Shown in pieces: positions 16,281 to 25,895 of a stretch of DNA of 64,000 bases; position 1 is the stretch's first letter; every line of letters starts with the position of its first letter. Location: assembly GCA_018667855.1 (NCBI GenBank), contig JABIRL010000182.1, positions 5,503 to 69,502 of the forward strand, written 5' to 3'. Origin of the DNA: Rhodospirillaceae bacterium (GTDB lineage: Bacteria > Pseudomonadota > Alphaproteobacteria > GCA-2731375). Both the position numbers and the translations under genes were made by a program. The notes under the pieces are model-generated. The model saw nothing but the letters and a program-made list of their open reading frames with translations. It was not told the DNA's origin and ran no database searches.

Positions 16281-17936
16281 ATGCGCGGACGACAGGTATT
16301 CATGGACAGTTTGGTGGCCCACGGCGTGGACCGCATCTTCGGCAATCCGGGCACCACGGAAAGCCCGCTGCTGGACAGCCTGCAGAGCTATCCCCAGATC
16401 GAGTATGTGGTCGCACTGCATGAAGGCATCGCGGTGGGCGCGGCCAGCTTCTACGCCCAGGCCAACGGCAAGACGCCGGTGGTCAATCTGCACGTGGCGC
16501 CGGGCCTGGGCAACGGCATCGGCATGATGTACAGCGCCCTGAAAGCCAATTCCCCGATGGTGGTCACCGCCGGCCAGCAGGACACCCGCCTGCGCCTGCG
16601 CGAGCCGATCCTGGGCCATGATCTGGCGGCAATGGCGGCACCGGTGGTGAAATGGAGCGTCCAGGTGGAGCGGGCCGACGAGATGGCCGCCATCATGCAA
16701 CGGGCCTTCAAGATCGCCAATGAAGCCCCTGCCGGCCCTGTGTTCGTTGCCCTGCCGATCAATGTCATGGAGCAGGAAACCGAGAATGGCGCCGCCGCAT
16801 CCGTTGAAATGTACACGGCACCACGCCCGGACCCGGACGGCGTGGCGGCAATCACGAAACAGATACTGGCGGCGACGAAGCCGATCATCGTGGTCAGTGA
16901 TGACGTGGCCCGATCCGGCGCCACGGATGATTTGGTGGCGCTGTCGGAGGCCATGGGCGCCGGCGTCTGGTTCGAGGCCATCCGCCACCATGCGGCCTTT
17001 CCAAACCGCCATCCCAACGCAAAGGGTATTTTACCTGTCGACGCCGCCGCCATTCGCAATTCCCTGGGTGATGCGGATCTGGTGCTGCTAATTGGCGGGC
17101 CGTTTTTCGAGGAAGTCTGGTTCACCCCCGGCGCCCCGTTCCCGGATGGCGCGGCAGTGGTGCAGATCGAGGAATCGGCGGCGCGCCTGGCCTACAATCA
17201 TCCGCTCACCGGCGGCCTGGTCGGCGATTTGCCCAGTGCCTTGAAAGCGTTGAGCGCCGGCTTGACCGGCGGCGAATATGCCGCCGCCGCCGCCGCCAGA
17301 AACGAAGACCTGGCAGCCCAAAGCACGGAGGCCGAGGCTGCCTATCAGGCCCGCGGCCAGCGCGCCTGGGACCGCTCCCCTATGTCCATGCCCCGCGTCA
17401 TGGCCGAAATTAATGCCGGCACGCCGGATAATGCCGTGGTGGTGGAGGAAGCCATCACGGCCGGTCTGGATCTTGCCCGCGCTTTTAACTTCGCCAAACC
17501 AGGCGACTTTTATTCCGGCCGAGGCGGCGGCATCGGCCAGGGCCTGGCGGGCGCCATCGGCGCTAAACTGGCCCATCCAGACCGCCCCTTGCTGACGGTT
17601 TCGGGCGATGGCTCGGCCATGTATTCGATCCAGGCCCTGTGGTCAGCCGCGCATCACGAGCTGGACATCGTTTACGTCATATTGGTGAACCGGGAATACC
17701 GCATCCTGAAACATAATCTGGACACCTATCGCCAGCGCTTCGATGCCAATTCGAACCAGGATTACCCGCAAATGGACCTGGACACCCCGGCCTTGGACTT
17801 TGTCACCATAGCCAAGGGCATGGGAATTGATGGCTGTGCGGTCAGCGACCCGTCCGAAGTCGCACCAGCGGTCAAGGCCGCTTTCGAGGCTGCCGGCCCG
17901 CGCCTGATCGCGATTAACATCGAGGGCAAGCGTTAG
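16281..17936 (+). CDS. Thiamine-diphosphate-dependent enzyme, benzoylformate decarboxylase / acetolactate-synthase-like
   Basis: N-terminal Pyr domain (FGNPGTTESPLLDSL ... ALHEGIAVGAA), central domain, and C-terminal PP-binding motif GDGSAMYSIQALWSAAHH ... NREY. GGAGGA RBS before the ATG at 16281. Confidence 0.75.
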   Translation: MRGRQVFMDSLVAHGVDRIFGNPGTTESPLLDSLQSYPQIEYVVALHEGIAVGAASFYAQANGKTPVVNLHVAPGLGNGIGMMYSALKANSPMVVTAGQQDTRLRLREPILGHDLAAMAAPVVKWSVQVERADEMAAIMQRAFKIANEAPAGPVFVALPINVMEQETENGAAASVEMYTAPRPDPDGVAAITKQILAATKPIIVVSDDVARSGATDDLVALSEAMGAGVWFEAIRHHAAFPNRHPNAKGILPVDAAAIRNSLGDADLVLLIGGPFFEEVWFTPGAPFPDGAAVVQIEESAARLAYNHPLTGGLVGDLPSALKALSAGLTGGEYAAAAAARNEDLAAQSTEAEAAYQARGQRAWDRSPMSMPRVMAEINAGTPDNAVVVEEAITAGLDLARAFNFAKPGDFYSGRGGGIGQGLAGAIGAKLAHPDRPLLTVSGDGSAMYSIQALWSAAHHELDIVYVILVNREYRILKHNLDTYRQRFDANSNQDYPQMDLDTPALDFVTIAKGMGIDGCAVSDPSEVAPAVKAAFEAAGPRLIAINIEGKR

Positions 17937-18039
17937 GGAAGACGGAGGCCTCGAAACCCAGGCCGCGACGGCGGCCCGGCGCTGATGCGCCGCCCCGGTG
18001 GAGCGGTGCGTGTCCGCGCACCGGCGTGAACGACAATAG

Positions 18040-19065
18040 CTAAATCTGATCGCGCCTGGCGGACCAGATAAAGCCGTCGTACCAAAAGTGCATCAGGGAA
18101 ACTACGAGGAAGGCGGAGGTAATCCAGGCGCTGTCTTCGTGATATAGGCCCGCGACGACACCATAGGCCAGTCCGACACCAAGCAGCAGCGCCAGGGCGG
18201 CTCCGGTCGCGCCGGCCCGACCCTCGCGCCCTGCCAACCGAACAAGGGTTTTCCGCTCGGACCACCAGATCAGGGCGAAGTACTGCCAGGCATGGAAAAA
18301 ATTCATGATGAAGAAGGCCATGCCGAACGGGTTGAAGCCCCAGGCATAAATTGAACAGACGCCGGTCAGAAACAACAGCACGACCTTTTGGTACGAGATC
18401 CGATGCCCGGCCCGGGCCAGTCGCCAATAGGCGTACAGATAATAGATCAGGAAGGGAATGCCGGTGCCGATCACCAGCCAGCTCAGGATACCGCTGTTGA
18501 ATTCCACGTAGGCCGGAATTTCCGTAAAGAAGAAGGAGCCCACATCCTTGAACTCCTCGAAATCGTTGACATGATCCATCAACGTGGCGCCCGCGGCGAT
18601 GGGCCCGGCGTAGAGGTAGAAATTGAGGATGATATCCAACCGGCGTCCGACCCGCGGATCGTTACCCGCCAGCTTGTCGTAGATGCGGCCCAAACCGAAT
18701 GTTTGCAGGCTGGAATGATAAACGTCCCAGAACGTCGCCAACACCGATCCGATCACCAGGGCCCAGGCGGAATACCCCATCGCCACCAGAGCCAGCAAAG
18801 GCACGACGGTAAATCGAAATGGATACAGCTGGAATATCGCGGCGTTGCCGTGGGAGCGGAAGATGACGATGAACAGATGCGCCATGATGAAGATGGAGAT
18901 GAAAATCTCTAGCCAGTTTTCACCCTCGTATACTTCCTCGCCATTCAACGGTGTTTGTGACAGCGCCAGACCCAGGACCAGGGCGAACAGCGGTGAAAGG
19001 ATGAAGAAAACCAGATCATAGGATGGCGAAACCAGATACCGGGAGGCAAAGCGTTCCGTCTGCAT
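18040..19065 (-). CDS. Uncharacterised polytopic inner-membrane protein (about 9-10 TM, His/Trp-rich loops)
   Basis: 341 aa and very hydrophobic. Conserved-looking HAWQYF and HFWYDGFIW segments. No family assigned from sequence alone. Confidence 0.45.
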   Translation of the reverse strand: MQTERFASRYLVSPSYDLVFFILSPLFALVLGLALSQTPLNGEEVYEGENWLEIFISIFIMAHLFIVIFRSHGNAAIFQLYPFRFTVVPLLALVAMGYSAWALVIGSVLATFWDVYHSSLQTFGLGRIYDKLAGNDPRVGRRLDIILNFYLYAGPIAAGATLMDHVNDFEEFKDVGSFFFTEIPAYVEFNSGILSWLVIGTGIPFLIYYLYAYWRLARAGHRISYQKVVLLFLTGVCSIYAWGFNPFGMAFFIMNFFHAWQYFALIWWSERKTLVRLAGREGRAGATGAALALLLGVGLAYGVVAGLYHEDSAWITSAFLVVSLMHFWYDGFIWSARRDQI

Positions 19066-19079
19066 GGCGAACCCCGACC

Positions 19080-19775
19080 CTATTCCACAACAACGCGCAG
19101 TTCACCGAAGGTCTCTTGCAGATAGCCCAGCAAGGCAACAAAGAATACGGCGAGGCCCGACAATTCCATGGTTTCCTGCACAATGTTGAGCATGCCATAG
19201 ACCGGATCGGTGCCGTAAATGGAAACCCAGTGATTGACAAAAAATTCCGTGCCCAAGGCACCGCCCACATAGACCACGGCCGCCAACACGAATAGCCGCC
19301 TTGTTGGTGCCGACAACGCGCCCAGGAAGCGCCAATAGGCCACTGCCAGCACGGCCACGATGGCGCAAGCCGGAATGACCCAGGCGTAATACAGCATGCC
19401 GCCAAGGTCAAAAGTGTGGCGCAGGGGGCGATTGATCAATTCATGCAGCTGCACTGTTTCATCAATGGAGATGTAGACGAAGATCAGGGCCAGGGCGAGC
19501 CAATGACCCCGGTAGGCACCCTTTCCGGGCGGCGTCGCCAGGACAATGGCGGTCAGCAGACCCGCACAGGCCAACAATAGCGCCGAGGCATACCAATTGG
19601 GGATGTTGCATTCCATGACCATATTGAACAGGCGCACCAAGGTATCGCGTTTTGAAAAGTCAAACAGGTGATCCGCCACTTCGCTGGCAAAACCCAACAG
19701 CGCCAGGCTCGGTGTCACGATGAGGAACCACAACTTTATCCTTGCGAGCGGGATGGCGATGCGCGCCTGGCTCAT
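19080..19775 (-). CDS. Uncharacterised membrane protein (about 6 TM)
   Basis: 231 aa and hydrophobic. 15-nt gap to the downstream membrane-protein gene and 63 nt from the TadG-like gene stop on the same strand. Confidence 0.45.
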   Translation of the reverse strand: MSQARIAIPLARIKLWFLIVTPSLALLGFASEVADHLFDFSKRDTLVRLFNMVMECNIPNWYASALLLACAGLLTAIVLATPPGKGAYRGHWLALALIFVYISIDETVQLHELINRPLRHTFDLGGMLYYAWVIPACAIVAVLAVAYWRFLGALSAPTRRLFVLAAVVYVGGALGTEFFVNHWVSIYGTDPVYGMLNIVQETMELSGLAVFFVALLGYLQETFGELRVVVE

Positions 19776-19838
19776 GGCAACCTCGTGTGCTGAATAAATT
19801 TCAATTTGAACTGCAAACCCGACGGCCGGCGCGGTCGG

Positions 19839-21314
19839 CTATTGGACCAGGTGGGAGCTGGATGTAATCAGGATCGGCGTCGTGCCGGCGCTGTCACAGG
19901 ACGAATTCAGTGTGGAATTGCCGGTAAAATCAATGGTCTGGGCGATGACCTGCGTGCAGGTGGAACCGCCCGTGGTATTGCCGCCCGTGAACTCGATCGC
20001 TTCGTTGGGAAAATACAGCGCACCCGTGAAGTTGGTGGTGGAACCACCATTGAATTTGTTCTTTGTGGTCGAGGCCGCATCTTTATCCTGATAAAACACC
20101 ACGCCCGAATAATCACCGCTGGTCGGTGCCGCCAGAGTGACGATGGCGCCGCCATTGATGGTGACGGAACCCGGTGAATCGCCGTCACTGTCGGTCAAAA
20201 TGATGGTAACACCGGTACCTCCATCCACCTCCTTCAGGGTCGCGCCGCCATTGACCGAGAAATTGCCGTCGTCAATGACATAGGTGCCCGATCCCAATTC
20301 AACCGTACCGCCGGTAATTTCAAATTTACCGCAATAGGTGCCGGCGGAGAGTGTGTCGGTGCCGGAGGTATTCTTGTAATTCGTATCAATACAATTGCCT
20401 ACCGTCGGATCGGGCAAACCGCTGTACGGATCGGCGGTCGCCGAGGTGCCGGTCTCGGCCGCGCCGCAGGTCAGGTCGAACTCCGGCGATGCCGCGTCGG
20501 TACCGCCGACGATGCTGGCGCAATTTGCGTCCAGCGTGGCGCTGCCGCCCACTTCAAGGGCATCATCGTCATCGGAATTGGCGGCGACATCGCAACTATT
20601 GAAGGCCACGACGGCATTACCGCCAACGTCGATGGCGCCCTTGGCCGATGAACTGAGCGCCAGGGCGCAGGCGGTGCCGCCGCTGCCCGAACTGGTCGCC
20701 ACGGCGATGGTCTCTATATCGATGGAACTGAAACTGACAATGCCGCCGAAGGTCAAATCAAACGCATTGCCGTTGGATGCTGTTTTGCGAACCGTCACCC
20801 GGGCTGCGTTGACCGGCGTGCCGTTGGCGGTGAAAGCCCGGGTGTCTTCGTCCCAGTTTCCAACCTCCACATCCGCCGACACCAGGACATCACCATGGTC
20901 GGCCGCCGGTAGGTTCAATTCGGTGATGGCCAGGGCCCGGGATTCAGCCTCATCAGAGTCACTGGCGACCGAGGCCGCCGCCAAGGCGGCGGCATCCGCC
21001 TCCCCGCGCATCTGGGCCTGGGCCGAAAGAATGAAACCGACATCCACGGCCAGGCCGGCCAGCGCCAGCAACGGCATCACCAGCAATGCAAAGACCAGCG
21101 CCACGGCGCCGCCGCCTTCTTGACCAAATCGGCCTATCTTTCGCCACCACAAGGCGTTGGCGGCTTTTCCGCCGGCTGTTATCTGTCGTTTCACAATCAT
21201 CTGATCCATCCAAGGTTTTGACGCTTGTCCGTCCCTTAGCCCCCAGACATCAAAGAAGCCCAAATTTCGCGGTCGCACAATAATTCGTACATAGCCGCCA
21301 CGGCCCGACTGCAA
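19839..21314 (-). CDS. TadG-like (Flp-pilus-assembly TadE/G-domain) large pseudopilin-like protein
   Basis: The N-terminal segment GGGAVALVFALLVMPLLALAGLAVDVGF is the TadE/TadG N-terminal helix. The remainder is Gly/Thr/Ser/Asp-rich beta-rich sequence. Real start is probably internal (MIVKRQ ... or later). Confidence 0.55.
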   Translation of the reverse strand: MQSGRGGYVRIIVRPRNLGFFDVWGLRDGQASKPWMDQMIVKRQITAGGKAANALWWRKIGRFGQEGGGAVALVFALLVMPLLALAGLAVDVGFILSAQAQMRGEADAAALAAASVASDSDEAESRALAITELNLPAADHGDVLVSADVEVGNWDEDTRAFTANGTPVNAARVTVRKTASNGNAFDLTFGGIVSFSSIDIETIAVATSSGSGGTACALALSSSAKGAIDVGGNAVVAFNSCDVAANSDDDDALEVGGSATLDANCASIVGGTDAASPEFDLTCGAAETGTSATADPYSGLPDPTVGNCIDTNYKNTSGTDTLSAGTYCGKFEITGGTVELGSGTYVIDDGNFSVNGGATLKEVDGGTGVTIILTDSDGDSPGSVTINGGAIVTLAAPTSGDYSGVVFYQDKDAASTTKNKFNGGSTTNFTGALYFPNEAIEFTGGNTTGGSTCTQVIAQTIDFTGNSTLNSSCDSAGTTPILITSSSHLVQ

Positions 21315-21872
21315 CTATTTCTTACTGCTTTTCTTCTTGCTGTTATCCGAGGATTTCTTGCTGGTACACGATCCTTTCTTCTTTCCGCAGCTGGTGTTGT
21401 TTTCGCTTGATTCCTCTAGATACATACTCGCCGTCACCGACATGGTCTGATCTCCGACAAGTTCATCGGGATAGGCGTTGACCAACGCGGCATCCGCCAT
21501 GGGCGTAGATATTGATACCGTGATCGTGGCCGCGGATGTTCCCAGCCCGTCGGTGGCGGCGGTGACTGTAAACGTGCCCTTGGCATTGCCATCCGACAAA
21601 AGGGTCTCAGCCAAAGTTACGGTTTCTTCCGTGGACAGGGCCGCGCCCGTGACATAACCGCGGGCCGCCTCCCTAGCCGCATAAAACATCACATGGCGGG
21701 AGAACATGATGGAGGCGAATTCGACGATGCCGAAAAGAACGATCAGCATGATCGGGAAAATCAACGCGAATTCAATGGCGATGGCGCCGCGTTTATTGCC
21801 CCGTCGTCGGATAAACAGGCGTCTTTTGGATTTTTCCGTCATCCGGTCGGCCATCCCCATTTGAGCATCCAA
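21315..21872 (-). CDS. TadE-like pilus-assembly protein with a Lys/Ser-rich C-terminal tail
   Basis: GAIAIEFALIFPIMLIVLFGIVEFASIMF is the TadE N-terminal motif. The C-terminus is SCGKKKGSCTSKKSSDNSKKKSSKK. Confidence 0.65.
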   Translation of the reverse strand: MDAQMGMADRMTEKSKRRLFIRRRGNKRGAIAIEFALIFPIMLIVLFGIVEFASIMFSRHVMFYAAREAARGYVTGAALSTEETVTLAETLLSDGNAKGTFTVTAATDGLGTSAATITVSISTPMADAALVNAYPDELVGDQTMSVTASMYLEESSENNTSCGKKKGSCTSKKSSDNSKKKSSKK

Positions 21873-21961
21873 CTTATGAAACTATTCTAGCGTTAAGGAA
21901 CCCTTATGACAATTTCGATGCGGTTTGCTTCAACAAGTTTTGAAACCACCCGTAAATACGC

Positions 21962-22525
21962 TCAGGAGTTCGGCAGCGTTGTGTGAGACAGCCGGGTGGT
22001 ATCGAAACTTGGCAAATCCAATTGGCTTGGCAGTCCGGGAAGGTAGCGCACCGCCACGAAATTATAGGCCAGGCCGGTGACCTCGACCGTAATCAGAGGC
22101 GTTATCGTCTCGCCCGTACCGCTGATATCCAAACCGCTGTCCGTGTAGGTGACAATGACGTTGGCGGCGGTAATACGGGACGATACCTCCCTCATTGCCG
22201 ATACCACGGCATCGAAGGTGGCGGAATTATCCACCGTGACGCCATTGCAAGACACACCGCCCGAACCGCTGCAAGGTACCGGCGTCGATGCCAATTCGGC
22301 CAGATCGATAATCGGGTCCTCGGTCAGGGCCGTGCGCAGGCCGCGCCGGGTGGCCTCGGAAATCTTGTGGTAATCAAACATGATCAGCCCACCCTCCAGC
22401 GCGCCAAGCGTGAGGAGGAGGAGCGCCGGAAGGATCAGTCCGAATTCCACCGCCGTGGTGCCTTTGCGGCATTTGCGCCATCCCCCGGCGATCCGTTTCA
22501 GCTGTTTTATTCTGTCCCAAGCCAT
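21962..22525 (-). CDS. TadE-like pilus-assembly protein
   Basis: GTTAVEFGLILPALLLLTLGALEGGLIMF N-terminal TadE motif. Confidence 0.65.
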   Translation of the reverse strand: MAWDRIKQLKRIAGGWRKCRKGTTAVEFGLILPALLLLTLGALEGGLIMFDYHKISEATRRGLRTALTEDPIIDLAELASTPVPCSGSGGVSCNGVTVDNSATFDAVVSAMREVSSRITAANVIVTYTDSGLDISGTGETITPLITVEVTGLAYNFVAVRYLPGLPSQLDLPSFDTTRLSHTTLPNS

Positions 22526-22528
22526 GGA

Positions 22529-23029
22529 TCAATCTCCCACATAGGCCTGTTCATGGGCGGCATTCATGGTAATCGACATGAAGCCATAGGTATGTAGAAG
22601 CCCGCTGAACAGGGCCTTGTACGGCACCGACGCCACGACTTTTATGACCTCGTAGCTATTGCCGCCGGCGCTGTATGTTGATGTGGTTACCGCCAGGCTC
22701 GACGCGCCGTCGGACCAGCCCGGAACCACAAAATCGCCCGAGCCGTCCGCCGTGCCGGTCTTCACCAAATTTTCGATCGTGGCTTGCGAACCACCCGACA
22801 GCGGCAGGCTGGAGCGGGCCGCCAACATAGCGCCAACCCGTAGACTTTTGTCCAACTCGTTGGATTGATTGATGTAGTAGCCAAAATCAATGATGCCCAC
22901 CATGACCAGCGCCAGCAACGGCGCGAACAGGGCGAATTCCACCGCCGCGATGGCACGGCGACATTTCAACGCCGCGACCGCGTTGCCCGAAACCTTAGTC
23001 AATAAGCTGAACATTGACATGTACGTCAT
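22529..23029 (-). CDS. TadE-like pilus-assembly protein
   Basis: AIAAVEFALFAPLLALVMVGIIDFGYYINQ N-terminal TadE motif. Overlaps the upstream gene's stop by ~35 nt, so the start may be internal. Confidence 0.6.
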   Translation of the reverse strand: MTYMSMFSLLTKVSGNAVAALKCRRAIAAVEFALFAPLLALVMVGIIDFGYYINQSNELDKSLRVGAMLAARSSLPLSGGSQATIENLVKTGTADGSGDFVVPGWSDGASSLAVTTSTYSAGGNSYEVIKVVASVPYKALFSGLLHTYGFMSITMNAAHEQAYVGD

Positions 23030-24383
23030 CCGAATACTGTTGCAACAAGGGTCCGATAACTTCCGTGTAGGTATCCGCCAGGGTACCCGCGACTTCCTCG
23101 GTCAGGAAAACTTCCACGTAGCGGCCATAGGTCGGATAGTCGCCGCTGCCCTGTACGCCAAGCGCGGTACAATTCAATACGGCGATTTTCATGACCCGCC
23201 GTTTGATTTCCGATGAGGCCGTGGACGAAGGCACCCCCGCCGCCGGAATGGAAGCTCCGGACGGCGTCACGGTGGTATAGGTGCCGGGCTTGGTAATGCC
23301 GTCCGTGGGATAAATGGTTTTGTTGTCATACCGGTAAAACGTTTCACCCAGTTCATACAGAAACACCTGGTAACGGGTGTAGTTGACCAGATCGGCGGGT
23401 TCGGTTTCGCCGGAATGATTGGTCGACCAATAGGACACCGGGTCCCAATCACCGTTGCCGATGATGGTGCTGCCGGACATGTCGGAATCCCGGCCATAGC
23501 CCATGATATTTTGGGATGGATATTTCGGGTTCTTGGTACCGGAATCCATGCGCGCATTGATGCCGTTGATGGCCTGCTGGGTTTGCGAGCCGGGCGATGT
23601 GGTGACGATGGAGGTGTAACAAAGGCCCGGATCGTTAGCCAGGGCATCACCAACGCTGGCCGCACCGCAATTACCCGATGATGGGCACAGAAGGCCGAAA
23701 TTGCCCGGCGCCAGGGTGCCCCCGCCCGGGCCGGTCTTGGTCAATAACTGGCGGCCGGCATTGTCGGCATCCAGCAGATCGTCGCTAGGGTTGCCGCCCT
23801 CGGCCGGATTGCAGGCCATAAAGGGTGGAGCGGCGCAGACAATGGGCTCGATACCCGCCCGTGCCGTACCTTCGAGGGTAAATTGATCCGCCACCACGCC
23901 GCTGGCAATGGTCTCCAGCACCGGCGCCAGGAATATGGAAATTGTCCGGGGGACCAAGGTCACCGCGACCATAACGGCTTCATCATCGACCGTCGTGACC
24001 AGCGGCGTCGGGTCGGTATCGTCGTAAAACACTATGCTTTGCACGGTGAAGGCGCCGGATGGATCGGTCAGGGAGGTGGTATTGGTAATGGCGTTGGAAG
24101 CCGCCGCGGTGCCCCGGTTGATGGCGCCGGACTGGCCGTCAAGCTGTGCGGCGGCCGACAGGGCCGCGGAATCGGCAGCGTTTTGCATTTGCGAGCGAAG
24201 CACCACGACCCGGCCGATATCCAGGGCCAAGACACCGCCCGAAAGCGCCAGGGTTCCGGCGAAAGCGACATAAATAGCCGTCGCGCCGCTGCGGTCCTTC
24301 ATCATGGATGTCAGTGCCGACCAAATGCGCGCCACATATCCTTGACGTGGTTTCCTGCCCGGTATTACCTCGGCCCTCGTCAT
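22995..24383 (-). CDS. TadG-like pilus-assembly protein (large pseudopilin)
   Basis: N-terminal GATAIYVAFAGTLALSGGVLALDIGRVVVLRSQMQNAADSAALSAA matches the TadG family N-terminus. 462 aa, Gly/Thr/Ser-rich. Confidence 0.6.
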   Translation of the reverse strand: MTRAEVIPGRKPRQGYVARIWSALTSMMKDRSGATAIYVAFAGTLALSGGVLALDIGRVVVLRSQMQNAADSAALSAAAQLDGQSGAINRGTAAASNAITNTTSLTDPSGAFTVQSIVFYDDTDPTPLVTTVDDEAVMVAVTLVPRTISIFLAPVLETIASGVVADQFTLEGTARAGIEPIVCAAPPFMACNPAEGGNPSDDLLDADNAGRQLLTKTGPGGGTLAPGNFGLLCPSSGNCGAASVGDALANDPGLCYTSIVTTSPGSQTQQAINGINARMDSGTKNPKYPSQNIMGYGRDSDMSGSTIIGNGDWDPVSYWSTNHSGETEPADLVNYTRYQVFLYELGETFYRYDNKTIYPTDGITKPGTYTTVTPSGASIPAAGVPSSTASSEIKRRVMKIAVLNCTALGVQGSGDYPTYGRYVEVFLTEEVAGTLADTYTEVIGPLLQQYSDDVHVNVQLID

Positions 24384-24479
24384 GATTGTCGGTTCTCCAT
24401 GCTGGTCGACGCAGCATTACAGACGGCTGCACGAATAGACATGTATTTGCATGGCGCTCTTCGCAAGTGACACCGATCA

Positions 24480-24636
24480 CAAGGCACGCAAAATAGCCAC
24501 GCGAAGATGAATTATTCCATACCTTAAATTAAAATATTCTGAATATTCCAAAATAATTTGGAATTATTTTATTTTGTGGTTGATATTTTATTAATATCGA
24601 ACCGGAGAAAAACAACACTCTCCGTATACAGTTGAT
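24480..24636. promoter_or_regulatory. Strongly AT-rich island (promoter/regulatory region of the Tad-like operon) with a near-perfect palindrome TTCCAAAATAATTTGGAA (24546-24563) and an aatattc direct repeat
   Basis: About 75% A+T in a 62% GC genome. Lies directly upstream of the first gene of the minus-strand Tad-like operon. Confidence 0.4.
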
Positions 24637-25794
24637 TTACAAAGTATTCAAACCAGCTTCAATGCGGTCCATGGCTTCGGAGAGTTGCGCTTCCGACTTT
24701 GCGAAACACAGGCGCAGGAAACCTTCATTATCCGGTCCAAATGCCGAGCCCGGCGCCAATCCAACGCGATGTTCGCGCACCAATTGCTTGGCAAACGCCA
24801 AATCGTCCTTCAGCCCGTCGATTTTGGGAAAGGCATAGAAGGCAGCCTTGGGCGCCGCCAGGGTTACGCGGTCATGCCCGCCAAGACGCTGGTGCACGAT
24901 GTCCCGGGCGCGGCGGCAGCGTTCAACACCCATGGCCACGAAATCCTCGCCATCCCGCAAGGCAACCGCGGCGGCATGCTGTACGAAGGAGGTGGAACCT
25001 GTGTTGTTGATACCGGACAGATCGCCCATTTTATCGCCCAGGTCGGCCGGATGTACCAGCCAGCCGCAACGCCACCCCGTCATGCACCAGGCCTTGGACA
25101 TGGAATGCACCACGTAGAGAGCGTCATCAGGCTCGGCGATGGACAAAAACGACGGCGCCACCGCCCGGTCATAAACGATACGGTGATAGACTTCGTCCGC
25201 AATGATCCAGATGCCCCGTTGGCGGCAGAAATCCAATACCGCTTGTTGCTGTTCCGGCTCCATCAGCCAGCCGGTGGGGTTGGAGGGTGAGGCGATGAAG
25301 ATGGCCTTGGTCCGTTCGTCACAGGCATCGAACAGCTTGTCCAGATCCAACCGCCAGCCAGTCTCGGTCAGGTCCAGGCGAACATGGCGGCTTTCCCCGC
25401 CCATGGTTTGCGTGCAGTAGAAAATGTTCGGCCAGATGGGCGAGATCATCACCACATTGTCGCCGTTGTTCACAAGAGTTTCCGTCGCGATCATGATCGC
25501 CGTCATGCCCGAACCGGTCACGGTGATCCGCTCCCCATCCAGCTCGATGCCGAATTGCGCCTGGGTATAGTCCAGAATGGCCTGGCGCAGTTCTGGGATA
25601 CCGCGCTTGTTCACATAGCGGGTCTGTCCCGACTGCATGGCATCGATCGCTGCCTGGCGGATAAAATCCGGTGTATCCAGGTCCGGTTCGCCGAACCACA
25701 ACGGAATGACATCCGGATCGCCGATGGCGATACGCGAGACCTCGCCAATGCGCTGGGTTTGCATGTCTGAAATGGCGGTGCGGACAGTGGGCAT
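24637..25794 (-). CDS. Pyridoxal-phosphate-dependent aminotransferase, class I/II (aspartate/aromatic aminotransferase-like)
   Basis: Fold-type I pattern, with VVHSMSKAWCMTGWRCGW around the PLP lysine. AAGGA RBS before MPTVRT. Confidence 0.8.
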   Translation of the reverse strand: MPTVRTAISDMQTQRIGEVSRIAIGDPDVIPLWFGEPDLDTPDFIRQAAIDAMQSGQTRYVNKRGIPELRQAILDYTQAQFGIELDGERITVTGSGMTAIMIATETLVNNGDNVVMISPIWPNIFYCTQTMGGESRHVRLDLTETGWRLDLDKLFDACDERTKAIFIASPSNPTGWLMEPEQQQAVLDFCRQRGIWIIADEVYHRIVYDRAVAPSFLSIAEPDDALYVVHSMSKAWCMTGWRCGWLVHPADLGDKMGDLSGINNTGSTSFVQHAAAVALRDGEDFVAMGVERCRRARDIVHQRLGGHDRVTLAAPKAAFYAFPKIDGLKDDLAFAKQLVREHRVGLAPGSAFGPDNEGFLRLCFAKSEAQLSEAMDRIEAGLNTL

Positions 25795-25895
25795 GATGGG
25801 TTCCTTCGGACAAACCTGATCGATGCAGCTTTTAGGACGGAAGACGCCCGAGAGCAACCGCTCCCGGGCGCCTTTTGGATCGGACCTTGCTGGAC

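Noticed and set aside
17960-18030. ggtgcg-tgtccg-cgcacc hairpin between the convergent TPP-enzyme and membrane-protein genes
   Set aside because: Short 6-7 bp stem with no U-tract on either side. Possibly a weak bidirectional terminator, but not distinctive enough to call.
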